A DNA stretch of 64,000 bases from an uncultured Gemmatimonadaceae bacterium. Lineage in GTDB: Bacteria; Gemmatimonadota; Gemmatimonadetes; Gemmatimonadales; Gemmatimonadaceae. This document shows, piece after piece, positions 19,887 through 30,313 of this stretch; positions within the stretch are counted from its first letter, which is position 1, and each line of letters opens with the position of its first letter. Position numbers and translations under genes: made by a program. Location: contig CAVUDW010000003.1 in the NCBI GenBank assembly GCA_963740355.1, positions 512,001 to 576,000 on the forward strand. Direction: 5' to 3'. The notes under the pieces are model-generated. The model saw nothing but the letters and a program-made list of their open reading frames with translations, did not search any database and was not told the origin of the DNA.

Positions 19887-19956
19887 GCTGTGCGCCTGAT
19901 CGTGATTGCGCCGGTCGGCCGAAATTGCTGCTCCCTTTCTGCCCCTCGTTGATCTG

Positions 19957-21405
19957 ATGGTCGTTTCGATATCTGTGCGACGGAGCCGTACGGCCGCACC
20001 GTTGATATTGCCGGGCCTGCTCGCGCTGTTCGTGGTCGGGTGTGCCTCGGTTCCGGCGCAGAATGGGCTGGAGAGCGTTCAGCGCGATACTCGGCAACGC
20101 AGCGGCTTGCGGGTCGACTGGATCCATGAAGCGCGCGCCGACTCCGCGCTGACGGCGTGGGCCGCCCGAACCCTGAAGGGTGAAGTCAGCGTCGATTCGG
20201 CCGTGCAGGTTGGCCTGCTGCGCAGCAAGCGCCTGCAAGCCTCCTTCGAGGATCTGGGCCTTGCCCGGTCGGATCTGGTGCAGGCCGGCCTCCTGGCGAA
20301 TCCGGTCGCCACGGCTGGCGCGGCGTTCGCGCGCGGTGGCGGTACGGGCATCACGTCATTCGGCGTCGCGCTGCCGTTCATTGACTTCCTGCAGCGTCCA
20401 CTGCGGCGACGCGTCGCCGAGCAGCAATTCAATGCGGCACGGGCGCGCATGAGCGCAGCGGTGGTCCAGCTTGCCGCAGAGATCCGGACCGCGTACGTCG
20501 ACGCGCAGGCGGCGCAGCAGATGCTGGAACTGTGGCAGGGCGTGAGCGCGACCCTCGACGCGAGCGCCACGGCCGGCGAGGCGCTGCACGCGGCGGGGAA
20601 CTTGTCCGACTTCGACCTGGCGCAGCAACGTGCCCTGGCGGGAGATGCGCGGCTGGACGTGTTCACGGCGGAGGCGGAGGTGCGGACGACACGCGCGGAA
20701 CTCGAGCGCGTGATGGGCGTGAGCGGCGATCAGGCCTGGACTCTGACGCCGCGACTCCTCGCTCCGACGGATTCAAGCCGTGACATTACCAGCCTGATCG
20801 AGACGGCGATGGGCCGGCGACTCGACCTGCGCGCCACCCGAAGCGACGCGAACGCCGCAGCGCAGCGGCTCGGCCTCGCACGGGCCTTCGCCCTGTTGCC
20901 CGACGGCTCACTTGGCGCGACGTACGAGCGCGATCCGGATGGCACGTTCGTGGGCGGCTCGATCTCGGTGCCCGTGCCGCTGTTTGATCATGGGCAGGGC
21001 CGGATCTCACGCAATCGGGCGCTGCTGCGGCAGGCGCTCGCGCAACACGATGCACTTGTGCAGGACATCGTCGGTGAAGTACGTCACCTGACGGCGAGGC
21101 TCGTGTCCGCTCAGGCCCGCGAAGAACACCTCCGTCGCGTCGTACTGCCCCTCCGGCATCAGGCCGTGGTCGAATCGCAGAAGTTCGCCAACGCGATGGA
21201 GCACAGCGTCTTCACGGTGCTGATGGTCAGGCAGGCGGAAATCGATGCCGGCAGCGCCTACATCGCGTCGCTGCGCGACTACTGGAACGCGCGCGCGTCG
21301 CTCGAGCGTGCGGTGGGCGGCTCGCTGGCCCCACTGAGCACCGAGGAACGTGCCGACCTGACCGCGCGGCCCGACAGTACCGGGCGAGCGGCCCCACCAC
21401 GCTGA
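19957..21405 (+). CDS. TolC family outer membrane lipoprotein of a copper cluster
   Basis: Lipobox VVGC, DLVQAGLLANP, VPLFDHGQ, LRDYWNARASLERAVGG. Confidence 0.85.
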   Translation: MVVSISVRRSRTAAPLILPGLLALFVVGCASVPAQNGLESVQRDTRQRSGLRVDWIHEARADSALTAWAARTLKGEVSVDSAVQVGLLRSKRLQASFEDLGLARSDLVQAGLLANPVATAGAAFARGGGTGITSFGVALPFIDFLQRPLRRRVAEQQFNAARARMSAAVVQLAAEIRTAYVDAQAAQQMLELWQGVSATLDASATAGEALHAAGNLSDFDLAQQRALAGDARLDVFTAEAEVRTTRAELERVMGVSGDQAWTLTPRLLAPTDSSRDITSLIETAMGRRLDLRATRSDANAAAQRLGLARAFALLPDGSLGATYERDPDGTFVGGSISVPVPLFDHGQGRISRNRALLRQALAQHDALVQDIVGEVRHLTARLVSAQAREEHLRRVVLPLRHQAVVESQKFANAMEHSVFTVLMVRQAEIDAGSAYIASLRDYWNARASLERAVGGSLAPLSTEERADLTARPDSTGRAAPPR

Positions 21406-21417
21406 GCCGAGGACTTC

Positions 21418-22776
21418 ATGACCGATTCACCCATCTCCCGACGCGCACTGCTCGGGCAGGGCCTCACTGCGCTGACGGCAGGTGCCGCCGCGGCATCGCT
21501 CGTCCAGGCACAGCACGTTGGCATGGTGATGCCCCCGGCCGCCGCGCCTGCCCCGGCGCCGACTGCGGGACGGGCGCTACGACGGCGCCGCGCGTTCACG
21601 CCAGGGCAGCCACATCGCGACTACGCGCCGGTCATCACGCCGAACGGGGTCACGCTTCCGTTTCGCATCGTCGACAACGTCAAGGTGTTTCACCTGATCG
21701 CCGGCCCGGTCGACCACGAGTTTGCGCCAGGCCTGGCCGCCTCATGCTGGGGCTACAACGGGCGCACCATCGGTCCCACGATTGAGGCGGTGGAGGGCGA
21801 CCGCGTGCGCATCTACGTCACGAATCGCCTGCCCGAGCCGACGAGCGTGCATTGGCACGGCATCATCCTGCCCTCCGGCATGGATGGCGTGTCCGGCGTC
21901 AGCCAAGCACCCATCCCGACTGGCGAAACCTTCCGCTACGAGTTCGATCTCGTCCAGCACGGCACGTTCATGTATCACCCGCATTACGACGAGATGACCC
22001 AGCAGGCACTCGGCATGATGGGAATGTTCGTGATCCACGAACGCGGCGCGCGTCGACGGCCAGACAAGGACTTCGTCCTGCTCAGCAGCGAATGGCGCGT
22101 GAAGCTCGGCACGTCGCGTCCGGACCCGAACGAAATGACCGACTTCAACGTGCTCACGTTCAACAGCAAGGCGTTTCCCGGCACGGCACCGCTCGTCGCG
22201 CAGCTGGGTGACGAGGTGCGGATCCGGCTGGGGAATCTCAGTGCGATGAGTCACCATCCCATCCACGTGCATGGACTGCAGTGGCGCGTGACGGCGATGG
22301 GCGGCGAACCTCTGCCTGTTGCCGCGCAGAGCTCGGAAGTCACCACGCTCGTGCCGGTCGGTACGACACGCACGGTGGAGTTCACCGCTACGAATCCCGG
22401 CGATTGGGCGGTGCATTGCCACATGACGCATCACACGATGACGCAGATGGGGCACAGTGGCGTGAACCTGATCGGCGTCGATGAGACGAAGATCGATGCG
22501 GCCACGGCCTCCGTCCTGCCCCAGTACATGACCATGGGTCAGACTGGCATGGGAGACATGGGCGCGATGGGTATGTCCGTGCCGAAGAACTCAATCCCGA
22601 TGCTTGGCGCACGCGGACCCAAGGGTCACATCGACATGGGCGGCATGTTCACCATGATCAAGGTGCGCGAGCGAGTCACCGGCCAGACCGATCCGGGCTG
22701 GTACGCCGACCCACCTGGTACTGTCGCGCAAGCGGCGACGCCGGACGAATTGCGACGGGATGGCATCGTCGCGTAG
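21418..22776 (+). CDS. Tat-exported multicopper oxidase
   Basis: SRRALL Tat motif; HWHG, YHPH, HPIHVHG, HCHMTHH; Met-rich tail. Confidence 0.92.
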   Translation: MTDSPISRRALLGQGLTALTAGAAAASLVQAQHVGMVMPPAAAPAPAPTAGRALRRRRAFTPGQPHRDYAPVITPNGVTLPFRIVDNVKVFHLIAGPVDHEFAPGLAASCWGYNGRTIGPTIEAVEGDRVRIYVTNRLPEPTSVHWHGIILPSGMDGVSGVSQAPIPTGETFRYEFDLVQHGTFMYHPHYDEMTQQALGMMGMFVIHERGARRRPDKDFVLLSSEWRVKLGTSRPDPNEMTDFNVLTFNSKAFPGTAPLVAQLGDEVRIRLGNLSAMSHHPIHVHGLQWRVTAMGGEPLPVAAQSSEVTTLVPVGTTRTVEFTATNPGDWAVHCHMTHHTMTQMGHSGVNLIGVDETKIDAATASVLPQYMTMGQTGMGDMGAMGMSVPKNSIPMLGARGPKGHIDMGGMFTMIKVRERVTGQTDPGWYADPPGTVAQAATPDELRRDGIVA

Positions 22777-22875
22777 CGCGCACGCGACGAGCGTGCAGCC
22801 CATTTTTAGTGCAAAGCCCAGGCACGGTCGGCGTTCCGTCGTCGCACCATCGCATTTCACTCCAGCCCCTTTCCG

Positions 22876-23262
22876 ATGACACGCTCTTCCCTGCTCACGC
22901 GCGCTGTGCTCCTGTCTGTCGCCATCGCGGCTCCGCTGTTCGCCCTCGCGCACCCGCGACTGCTCGCGTCACTGCCTGCCGCGAACAGCCGCATCAAGGC
23001 CGCGCCTGCCGTGGTGCGCCTCACCTTTCAGGAGCGGCTCGAACCCGCGATGAGCCGCATTTCCGTGGTGCACGCGGGCACGCACACCGTCACGATGGGT
23101 GCCGTCACTTCCGACAGTGCGGACAACAAGACGCTCGTTGCGGCACTCAAGACGCCGATGGGCGACGGTACATACGTGGTGACGTGGCAGGCGGCGGGGG
23201 CGGACGGGCATCCGATGCGCGGCACCCTTACGTTCACAGTCGATGCCGCGGCACCGAAGTAA
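22876..23262 (+). CDS. copC: Copper resistance protein CopC
   Basis: Mature N-terminal His (A-HPRL), YVVTWQAAGADGHPMRG. Confidence 0.9.
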   Translation: MTRSSLLTRAVLLSVAIAAPLFALAHPRLLASLPAANSRIKAAPAVVRLTFQERLEPAMSRISVVHAGTHTVTMGAVTSDSADNKTLVAALKTPMGDGTYVVTWQAAGADGHPMRGTLTFTVDAAAPK

Positions 23263-23319
23263 CGTGCGCGTCCGACCCGTGCTGCGGGGGCGCTCAGTGC
23301 GACCTGCGCCGCGCTCGAG

Positions 23320-24260
23320 GTGACCGAACCCTTCGGCGTCGAGGCGCCGGGCTACGTCACGATCCGATTCCTGCAGTACGCCGCGCTGCTCGTCGTGATC
23401 GGCGCTACGGTCTTCGGGACGGCGGTTCTGAGCCGGATCCGGACTGAGCTTCCACAAGAAGTGGTGGATGCTGCGCGCGGAAAGTCCGCACGTATTGGCT
23501 TCGTCGCCGCGCTGGCGCTTGGCGTGACCGTGATGCTGCGATTGGTCGCGCAGTCGTACGCCATGGGCATGGAGAGCGTGACGGCGGATCGTGCGATGCT
23601 GGTCACGATGATCACGGCGACCGAGTGGGGACGCGCGTGGCTCCTCGAAGCGGGGGCGATCATGGTCGCCATGGTCGCATTCATCGGAGCGCGCCGCGGC
23701 CGACGCCTCGATTGGCGAGTTGCCGTCGCCGCATGCTGCGCCCTCGCAGTCGCGATGGCGATGTCCGGCCACGCTGCCGCCATGCCGAACCGGCGTTGGC
23801 TCGCGATTCTCGCGGACGCGCTGCACGTGCTCGGTGCGGCCGGCTGGCTCGGCAGCCTGCTCATCCTGGTGATCGTCGGCCTGCCGACAGCGGGAAGCGG
23901 AGATACAACGGGCCGCAGTCGCCACGTCGCAACGCTCGTGACGGCATTCTCGCCGGTGGCGCTCACTCTGCCGCTCTGACCGCCCTCACAGGCAGCTTCG
24001 CGGCATGGATTCACGTGGCCGCGCTTCCTGCCCTCTGGCAGACGCGGTACGGCCAGGTCCTGCTACTCAAGCTGGCATTGCTTGCCATCACGGCGGGCAT
24101 TGGCCTGTACAACTGGAAGCGGGGCACGCCGTCGCTCAGCGCTACCGCGCAGGGCCCGCAGCACCTCCGGCGAGCTGCCACTGTTGAGCTTGTCGTCGGC
24201 GTCGGCGTGCTGCTGGTGACGGCGATCCTCGTGGCGACCCCGACACCAATGGATCTCTGA
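23320..24260 (+). pseudogene. copD: Copper resistance protein CopD, frameshifted near 23966
   Basis: SGHAAA, LHVLGAAGWLG; the C-terminal part (TRYGQVLLLKL, ATPTP) is in another frame. Confidence 0.8.
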
Positions 24261-24622
24261 CGTGCCTGCCCCCGGAACGATGGCTCGAACCGCGAGCGCG
24301 TCCCGCGATATCCGCCATGGATGCGGTTCGACAGAGGGTGACACACACCCGTTCTAGCTTTCAAGCTGCGCACAAATCAGGTCGCACATTCCAGCCCGTG
24401 CGCTCCGCCTATTGTCACCCGCACTCCGGCACCGTGGTACTGCCACGCCAATTCGGGGGGGGGCGCTGGCCCGCAGGGACGCGTTCGGGGACACAACGGT
24501 GCCAGCAACGTCGCCACGGGACGTGTCAAACATCCGGCCTCACAGGCGATCTTTCGGCCTCGACCCAGAACCGTTTCTGGCGCCCAACGGCGTCGCGCGC
24601 CAGCCTCACCCGCCCTCCTGCC

Positions 24623-25237
24623 ATGCACCGCACGACACACTGGGACACCGTCTACCAGACCAAACCGTCTGACACCGTGAGCTGGTTCGAGCCGGCCCCC
24701 ACGCGCTCCATGGCCCTTCTCGCAGAGGCGGGATTGACAGCGACGAGCGACGTCGTGGATGTCGGTGGCGGCGATTCCTTGCTGGTGGACTCCCTGCTCG
24801 CGCATGGTGTCGGGCACGTGACGGTCCTCGACATTTCGAGCGCGGCGCTCGCGCGCGCGCAGGCCCGTCTCGCGGAGCAATCGTGCAACGTCACGTGGAT
24901 CCCGGCCGACATCACGACCGTCGAGCTGCCGCTCGCCGCGTACGACTTCTGGCATGACCGCGCCGTCTTCCACTTTCTGACCGATGCCGAAGATCGCGCA
25001 CGCTACGTGACCGCCGCCGCACGCGCCGTGCGGCCTGGTGGTGCGCTGATCATCGCCACCTTTGCGGCGGACGGTCCGCAGCGGTGCAGTGGACTTGAGG
25101 TCGCCCGCTACACCCCCGAAGAACTCGCAGCGACCTTCGCAGACGGCTTCACCCTGGAACGGGGGTTTGTCGACTCGCATCACACGCCGAGCGGCGCGGA
25201 GCAACGATTCGCGTTCGTGATCCTGCGCCGGCGCTGA
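24623..25237 (+). CDS. Class I SAM-dependent methyltransferase
   Basis: HWDTVY, DVGGGDS, WHDRAVFHFL, GPQRCSGL. Confidence 0.88.
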   Translation: MHRTTHWDTVYQTKPSDTVSWFEPAPTRSMALLAEAGLTATSDVVDVGGGDSLLVDSLLAHGVGHVTVLDISSAALARAQARLAEQSCNVTWIPADITTVELPLAAYDFWHDRAVFHFLTDAEDRARYVTAAARAVRPGGALIIATFAADGPQRCSGLEVARYTPEELAATFADGFTLERGFVDSHHTPSGAEQRFAFVILRRR

Positions 25238-25349
25238 CCGACCTCCATCGCAGGTGGCCGATGTTACACCTGGCCGTTGAGCCGCCGCTTGAAGCGCACT
25301 TCTGTCAACGGCACTGGAGCAGTTGCTCTCTTGAATGCCGGGCGTTGCG

Positions 25350-26231
25350 CTATGTCGCGCGTCCCGCGTACGCGAGTTCATTCCGCGGCGGGAGTGGGCG
25401 GGCCTGGCGGCGGTGCTGCGTCGACGGCAGGAAGCACCACAGCGCGGAGCAGCGTCGCACTTCGCGCTCAATCGTCGGCCAGCTCATCGCCAGTCCGACG
25501 AAGAGCGTCGCGACCATCATGGAACGCCATGTCGCCCGCGAGGGCCGCTTTCCCGTGCGGACGCTCTGCACCGCGACGTAGAGCCAGCCGGCGAGCGTGA
25601 GCGCGACCGCGGCGTACGTCATCCAGCGATACGCGCCAGCAAATAGCGCGACAGCTCCGCCGACACTGGTCAACGCAATCGCCGGGATGGCCAACGGCAC
25701 GACACAGCACACGCCGCACGCCAGCGCGACCGCCGCCGCGCTGCCGGCCGCGGTGCTTGGCAATCGACCCGCCCAGCCCCGCCGGTCGGCTCCCGAAACA
25801 TCAGGGCTATCAGCCCCATGTCGACTCTCGTGCGGCTCAGCGGCGCAGCGCGTGTCGCGCGTCGCCGTGCTGCAGTCACAGTCGACCGCGCAGGACGCAG
25901 CACCGGTCGCATCGACCGGCTCACCCGGCGCACCAACGAGGAACGGCGCGAACAGCGCGTCCATCGCCGCCGGCGGCACGTCTGGCGCGAGAATCGCCAG
26001 TCGCGTCGCGTCGACACGCGCCTCGACCGTGAAGTGCAGGAACGCGCAGCATTCCCGCTCCAGCAACACCAGCGTATCGACGCGCTCGCGCATCGCCGGC
26101 GCGAATGTCAGCGTGAGCGTTCGTCCCGCGCGCTCGACGTCGCGCAGCCCCTCGGCGTTCATCGCCGCGATGGTGAGCGCGCGAATCCTCGCCGCGGTGT
26201 CATCGAGCGTACAGGCTATCGGTGCTGTCAT
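25350..26231 (-). CDS. Fusion of a Cys-rich soluble domain (IACTL...ECCAF) and a MerT/MerC-like membrane domain; last codons may be frameshifted
   Basis: PIACTL, ERECCAFL, CAVDCDC linker, ACGVCCVVPL followed by TM helices; downstream of a MerR promoter. Confidence 0.65.
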   Translation of the reverse strand: MTAPIACTLDDTAARIRALTIAAMNAEGLRDVERAGRTLTLTFAPAMRERVDTLVLLERECCAFLHFTVEARVDATRLAILAPDVPPAAMDALFAPFLVGAPGEPVDATGAASCAVDCDCSTATRDTRCAAEPHESRHGADSPDVSGADRRGWAGRLPSTAAGSAAAVALACGVCCVVPLAIPAIALTSVGGAVALFAGAYRWMTYAAVALTLAGWLYVAVQSVRTGKRPSRATWRSMMVATLFVGLAMSWPTIEREVRRCSALWCFLPSTQHRRQARPLPPRNELAYAGRAT

Positions 26232-26305
26232 CTGGCGCTCTCCCGTCGGACGCGAGCCACACGGTGGTGCGGGGTGCACCCCATGTATTGCGTCGTACGA
26301 CGGGA

Positions 26306-26336
26306 AGCGTACATCTTCAAGTTACTTGAAGTTCAA
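26306..26336 (-). promoter_or_regulatory. MerR-type promoter TTGAAC-N19-TACGCT with dyad CTTCAAGT-T-ACTTGAAG
   Basis: 19-bp spacer and perfect 8-1-8 palindrome at 26315-26331, divergent from the merR gene. Confidence 0.85.
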
Positions 26337-26386
26337 GCCCCCCACCACGCCCGTCGGCAGCAGCCATCACGGCGGAGAGAGACCAG

Positions 26387-26857
26387 ATGGCATCGTCCGC
26401 GGAGCGCGACGCGCTGCGAATCGGCGAGCTGGCCGAGCGCACCGGCACCAACACGCCCACCATCCGCTACTACGAGGAGGTCGGCCTGCTGCCGCATGCC
26501 GCGCGTCAGGCCGGCGGCCAGCGCCGGTATGGCACGCCGGACGTCGAACGGCTGCAGTTCATCCGGCGCTGTCGCGAGTTCGGCTTCCCGCTCGAACAGG
26601 TGCGCGAGCTCGTGAGCCTCTTCGGTGATTCGCGGCGCAACTGCACCGATGCACGCGACATCGCGCAGGCGCATCTCACGCAGGTGCGCGCGAAGATGAC
26701 GGAGCTGCGCGCGCTCGAACGCGACATCGCGGCGTTCGTGCACCGGTGTGACGCCGAATGTGTCGGCGGGCCGGGGCCTGACTGTGTGCCCCTCGTGCAG
26801 TTGGCCGCGCAGGGCAGGACGCACCGCACGCGACCGACCCGGCGCGTGCACGCATGA
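26387..26857 (+). CDS. MerR family metal-responsive regulator
   Basis: IGELA...TIRYYE HTH; RNCTD plus [13 protein letters not shown]. Confidence 0.92.
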   Translation: MASSAERDALRIGELAERTGTNTPTIRYYEEVGLLPHAARQAGGQRRYGTPDVERLQFIRRCREFGFPLEQVRELVSLFGDSRRNCTDARDIAQAHLTQVRAKMTELRALERDIAAFVHRCDAECVGGPGPDCVPLVQLAAQGRTHRTRPTRRVHA

Positions 26858-27192
26858 CCCGCACGCTGCTGGTGTACGTCGTCGCAGCACTGGCGGAGAT
26901 CGGCGGCTGCTTTTGCTTCTGGATCTGGCTGCGTCAGGGCCGCAGCGCCTGGAGCGCCGTCGCGGGTGTCTTGTTGCTGACACTCTTCGCATGGGCGCTC
27001 ACGCGCGTGGGCAGCGCGTTCGCCGGCCGCGCGTACGCCGCGTATGGCGGCGTCTACATCATCACGTCGCTCGCGTGGCTGTGGAGCGTGGAGGGCGTGC
27101 GGCCGGATCGTACCGACGTCCTCGGCGCCGTGCTCTGTCTCGTCGGCTCCGGAATGATCCTGCTCGGCCGCGGCGCGTCGAGCGGGCCCTGA
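26854..27192 (+). CDS. ynfA: YnfA family (SMR-like) membrane protein
   Basis: [34 protein letters not shown]. Confidence 0.9.
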   Translation: MTRTLLVYVVAALAEIGGCFCFWIWLRQGRSAWSAVAGVLLLTLFAWALTRVGSAFAGRAYAAYGGVYIITSLAWLWSVEGVRPDRTDVLGAVLCLVGSGMILLGRGASSGP

Positions 27193-27546
27193 TGCGCTGA
27201 CGCGCGCGTCGGTCCGGCGACATCACGGCTCGGTTGTCCGCCGGAGCCGCTTCAAGCCGAAAGAACGCGCGCGCCCTGTGAAACGTACCCAGCACTCCGC
27301 TGCCGTCCTGCCGCCGCTCCGACGCCGGTCAGGCCGCGTGCGAGCCAACGCGTACCAGTCGGGGCCGACGAGCGGCAAGGTGACCGAGCGTGCGGACGGC
27401 ACGGATGAGCCTCGCGATCAGCGCAACGGCGGCGCCGGCGGCGATACTCGTCGTGGTACGTCGTGACCCGTCGCCGTCGCGCGTCGACTGCAGCACGCGA
27501 TCAGGCGGTGACCATCGCCCAGCAGCACCGCCGCAGCGCCGCAGCG

Positions 27547-28188
27547 CTACAGATGCTCGTCGATGCGCGCGTAGGTGCCAGTGGTGATGAGCGTGATCAG
27601 CACATCACTCGTGCCGCGATTGCGCCAGTACCACCCATGGTTTCCGTTGAACCGAGCGGCCAGATCGCCGGAATCAGCGGCTGCAGCCTGCCCCTTCTTG
27701 TAGCTCACGAACCAGTTCTTCGGCGCATTTGTGGAATCACCGTGCATGTCGAAATTCACCACGCCCCCGGTGACGGTCCATCGGTAGCCGGTCTTCGTCC
27801 CGGCCGGCATCACGAGCTTGATCTCGCCACCCTTGTTCGGCGGCAGCGTCACGCGTGTGGTGTCGGTGCGGACGGCCAACGTCCCGGCCGCCGCAGGCAC
27901 GGACGCCGCATCAGCCGGTGATCCGCGACCCGCTTCCGCCGCCGCAATCACCGAATCGGCGGACGCCTCTGCCGCGGCGTTGCTCGCGGCCTCCTCCGCC
28001 AGCGCGAGCTTGACCTCGCCCATCTGCGTCAGGCCGAGCATCCGACCAATGCCTGTTGGGTCCTTGCCGTACTCCGCCGGCAACACGCAGGTGATAAGCA
28101 GCACCGCCGCCACCGCCACGGCGAGGAGGGTCGAGCGGAGCAGCGACGCACTGGACGGCGCCACCGGAGTCGAGGGCGATGCGGTCAT
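27547..28188 (-). CDS. Membrane-anchored protein of the HupE-associated type
   Basis: VLPAEYGKDPTGIG, FDMHGD, GNHGWYWRN; ATGA overlap with the HupE gene. Confidence 0.8.
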   Translation of the reverse strand: MTASPSTPVAPSSASLLRSTLLAVAVAAVLLITCVLPAEYGKDPTGIGRMLGLTQMGEVKLALAEEAASNAAAEASADSVIAAAEAGRGSPADAASVPAAAGTLAVRTDTTRVTLPPNKGGEIKLVMPAGTKTGYRWTVTGGVVNFDMHGDSTNAPKNWFVSYKKGQAAAADSGDLAARFNGNHGWYWRNRGTSDVLITLITTGTYARIDEHL

Positions 28189-28889
28189 GTTGTGGGTCGC
28201 ATGATGAAGAAGCCGGCGAGTTGAAAGCCGACAAGGATGAACCCTGCCGTCATGATGGCCACGTTCGCACCGTACGCCAGGGTGCGAAAGCTCTGCGTAC
28301 GCCGCCAGTGGTTCATGAGGATGAGGATCGCACTCAATGCCAGCACCTGGCCGATCTCGACGCCGACGTTGAACGCCACCAGGTTCGGCACCAGGCCGTC
28401 CGACGACATGTGGAAGTCGAGGATCTTCGTGGCAAGACCAAAGCCGTGAAAGAACCCGAAGATCAGCGTCGCCGCCCGCGCATCGGGTGTGATGCCGAAC
28501 CACGCGGGGAACGCACCGAGGTTGTCGAGTGCCTTGTAGACCACCGAGAGCCCGATGATCGCGTCAATCAGGTACGCATTGACGCTCACGTGCATCAGCA
28601 CGCCCAGCAGCAGCGTCGTCGAATGCCCGAGGGCGAACAGCGTCACATACAACGCCACGTCCTTCAGGTGATAGAGGAAGAAAACGACGCCCAGCAGGAA
28701 CAGCAGATGGTCATATCCCGTCACCATGTGCTTTGCGCCAAGGTAGACGAAGGGGATCAGCAGCCGGCCACTGGTCTGCTGGATGAATCCCTTATCCCCC
28801 GCCGCGACGCCGTGCGCCAGCAGCTCGGATGACATGCATCCAAGCGCCAGCACGATGACGCCCAAGCGGGACCGGATGCGCCAGCTCAC
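28185..28889 (-). CDS. HupE/UreJ family Ni/Co transporter-like protein
   Basis: GAKHMVTGYDHLLF, GHSTTL, FHGFG, FNVGVEIGQ. Confidence 0.88.
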   Translation of the reverse strand: MSWRIRSRLGVIVLALGCMSSELLAHGVAAGDKGFIQQTSGRLLIPFVYLGAKHMVTGYDHLLFLLGVVFFLYHLKDVALYVTLFALGHSTTLLLGVLMHVSVNAYLIDAIIGLSVVYKALDNLGAFPAWFGITPDARAATLIFGFFHGFGLATKILDFHMSSDGLVPNLVAFNVGVEIGQVLALSAILILMNHWRRTQSFRTLAYGANVAIMTAGFILVGFQLAGFFIMRPTT

Positions 28890-29704
28890 TTCACCGCGAA
28901 CGTCAGCGAACCCCACTTCGATGCATGATTCGCCTCGGCGTCGCCGGTCAGGCGCACCATCGAGATGAACTTCACGTAGTACGGGCCAGTGCGGTCGAGC
29001 GGGATGCGCACCAGCCCAGCCGCGTCGCTGCGGATGTTCCGCTGCGCTACGCGCCCGCCGGACGTGGTCAGCCCGCCGTACTGCACGAACTGGTTCGCCA
29101 CCGGCTTGCCGTCCACCAGCACGCGCACTGACAGCACCGACCCGATCTTCATCTCGTACGGGTTCGTCATCGGCACCAGCTCGGCGGGATATCCAAGGAC
29201 GCTGTTGAAGGCACTGCTGGGCGTGGTCCCGACCTGCACGAGTGCCTTGACGTGCTTCTGGTAGCGCTCCTTCGCGCGCTCATCAAGTCGCTTCTGCGCG
29301 CGACGCGCGGCCAGTTCGTCCGGGATGCCGTCCGAGCGCAGGTAGGCGTTGAACTCCGTGCCCGACATCTCGAGCACGCGCGGCTTCGTCGAGACCCCCA
29401 GCACATATGTTCCCGCCGCACCCGTGCGCAGCGACAGCACGCTCGTGTCACCCGCCACACTCCACTGCGCGACATCGACCTTGGTGCGACCCGACGGTGA
29501 CACCATCGCGATGTCGGCCAAGCGATCCGGCGTGATCGAGTTCGACGACAGCACGAACGTTCCATTGAAAAGCCGTGCCGTGACGGCGGCATTCGGCGCG
29601 ACGAAATAGTCGTCCAGACGCAGGAACATGTCGTGCGCCAGCAGCGGAAGCGCGACGAGCAGGGCACAGCCGAGGAACAGGACATGCCTGAGGCGGGTTC
29701 GCAT
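28886..29704 (-). CDS. DUF4198 domain periplasmic protein
   Basis: Signal then A-HDMFL, FNAYLRSDG, ERYQKHVKALVQVG, ELVPMTNPY, WGSLTF. Confidence 0.82.
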   Translation of the reverse strand: MRTRLRHVLFLGCALLVALPLLAHDMFLRLDDYFVAPNAAVTARLFNGTFVLSSNSITPDRLADIAMVSPSGRTKVDVAQWSVAGDTSVLSLRTGAAGTYVLGVSTKPRVLEMSGTEFNAYLRSDGIPDELAARRAQKRLDERAKERYQKHVKALVQVGTTPSSAFNSVLGYPAELVPMTNPYEMKIGSVLSVRVLVDGKPVANQFVQYGGLTTSGGRVAQRNIRSDAAGLVRIPLDRTGPYYVKFISMVRLTGDAEANHASKWGSLTFAVK

Positions 29705-29905
29705 GCGGGGCTCGGGAGGAGTGTGCGACGAGTGATGTATCAGGGCGACTGATGATAACGCACGCGCAGCTGACTCTGTTGGCGATTAAGCGACCACTTC
29801 CGACCACCTCACGTCCAGGCTCAAGTCAGTAGTATGAAGGGCAGATACTCTGATCCGAGCCGACTCGCGCGCTCACAGCCCGTGCCCAGCACCTCCGGCC
29901 CCTCG

Positions 29906-30313
29906 ATGCTCCGACGCCTCTCTCGCCAACTGCTCAGCCTGCTCGCGCTGGTATCGGCGTTTGGCGGACCAGTCGTAAGCGTCATGCATGGGATAGCTCA
30001 CGCGGCTGAGTTCGCTCAGTTGGCGCGGCCCGTTCGGACGGCGAACGACGTGACGGCCGAGTCCAAGTCAGGCGAGCACGGCGCTCCCATGCTCGAGGCG
30101 CGCGACCACGATGCCCTGCACGCTGCGCTCAGCAGTGCCAGGCGCGCCATCGCGAGCGGCGTGCCGTCGCTTGCTACGCCGGTAGCTCCCACCACGATTG
30201 ACCGCGTCGACCTGGTGAGCAGTCGCACCATCGAGGCTCGACGGAGCGACTGGCCGCCACCGCGATTCTGGCCGACATCGCCAGACGACGCGCGGGCACC
30301 ACCGCGCGCCTGA
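29906..30313 (+). CDS. Secreted His-containing leader protein ending ARAPPRA
   Basis: Signal-like N-terminus, MHGIAH, DHDALH, C-terminal RAPP; directly upstream of czcC. Confidence 0.7.
   Translation: MLRRLSRQLLSLLALVSAFGGPVVSVMHGIAHAAEFAQLARPVRTANDVTAESKSGEHGAPMLEARDHDALHAALSSARRAIASGVPSLATPVAPTTIDRVDLVSSRTIEARRSDWPPPRFWPTSPDDARAPPRA

Noticed and set aside
24455..24463. G9 tract as a phase-variation switch
   Set aside because: Intergenic, with no recognisable promoter around it; no evidence of function
25350..27192. Classical mer operon
   Set aside because: No merA, merP or merD, and the operator is not the canonical mer dyad
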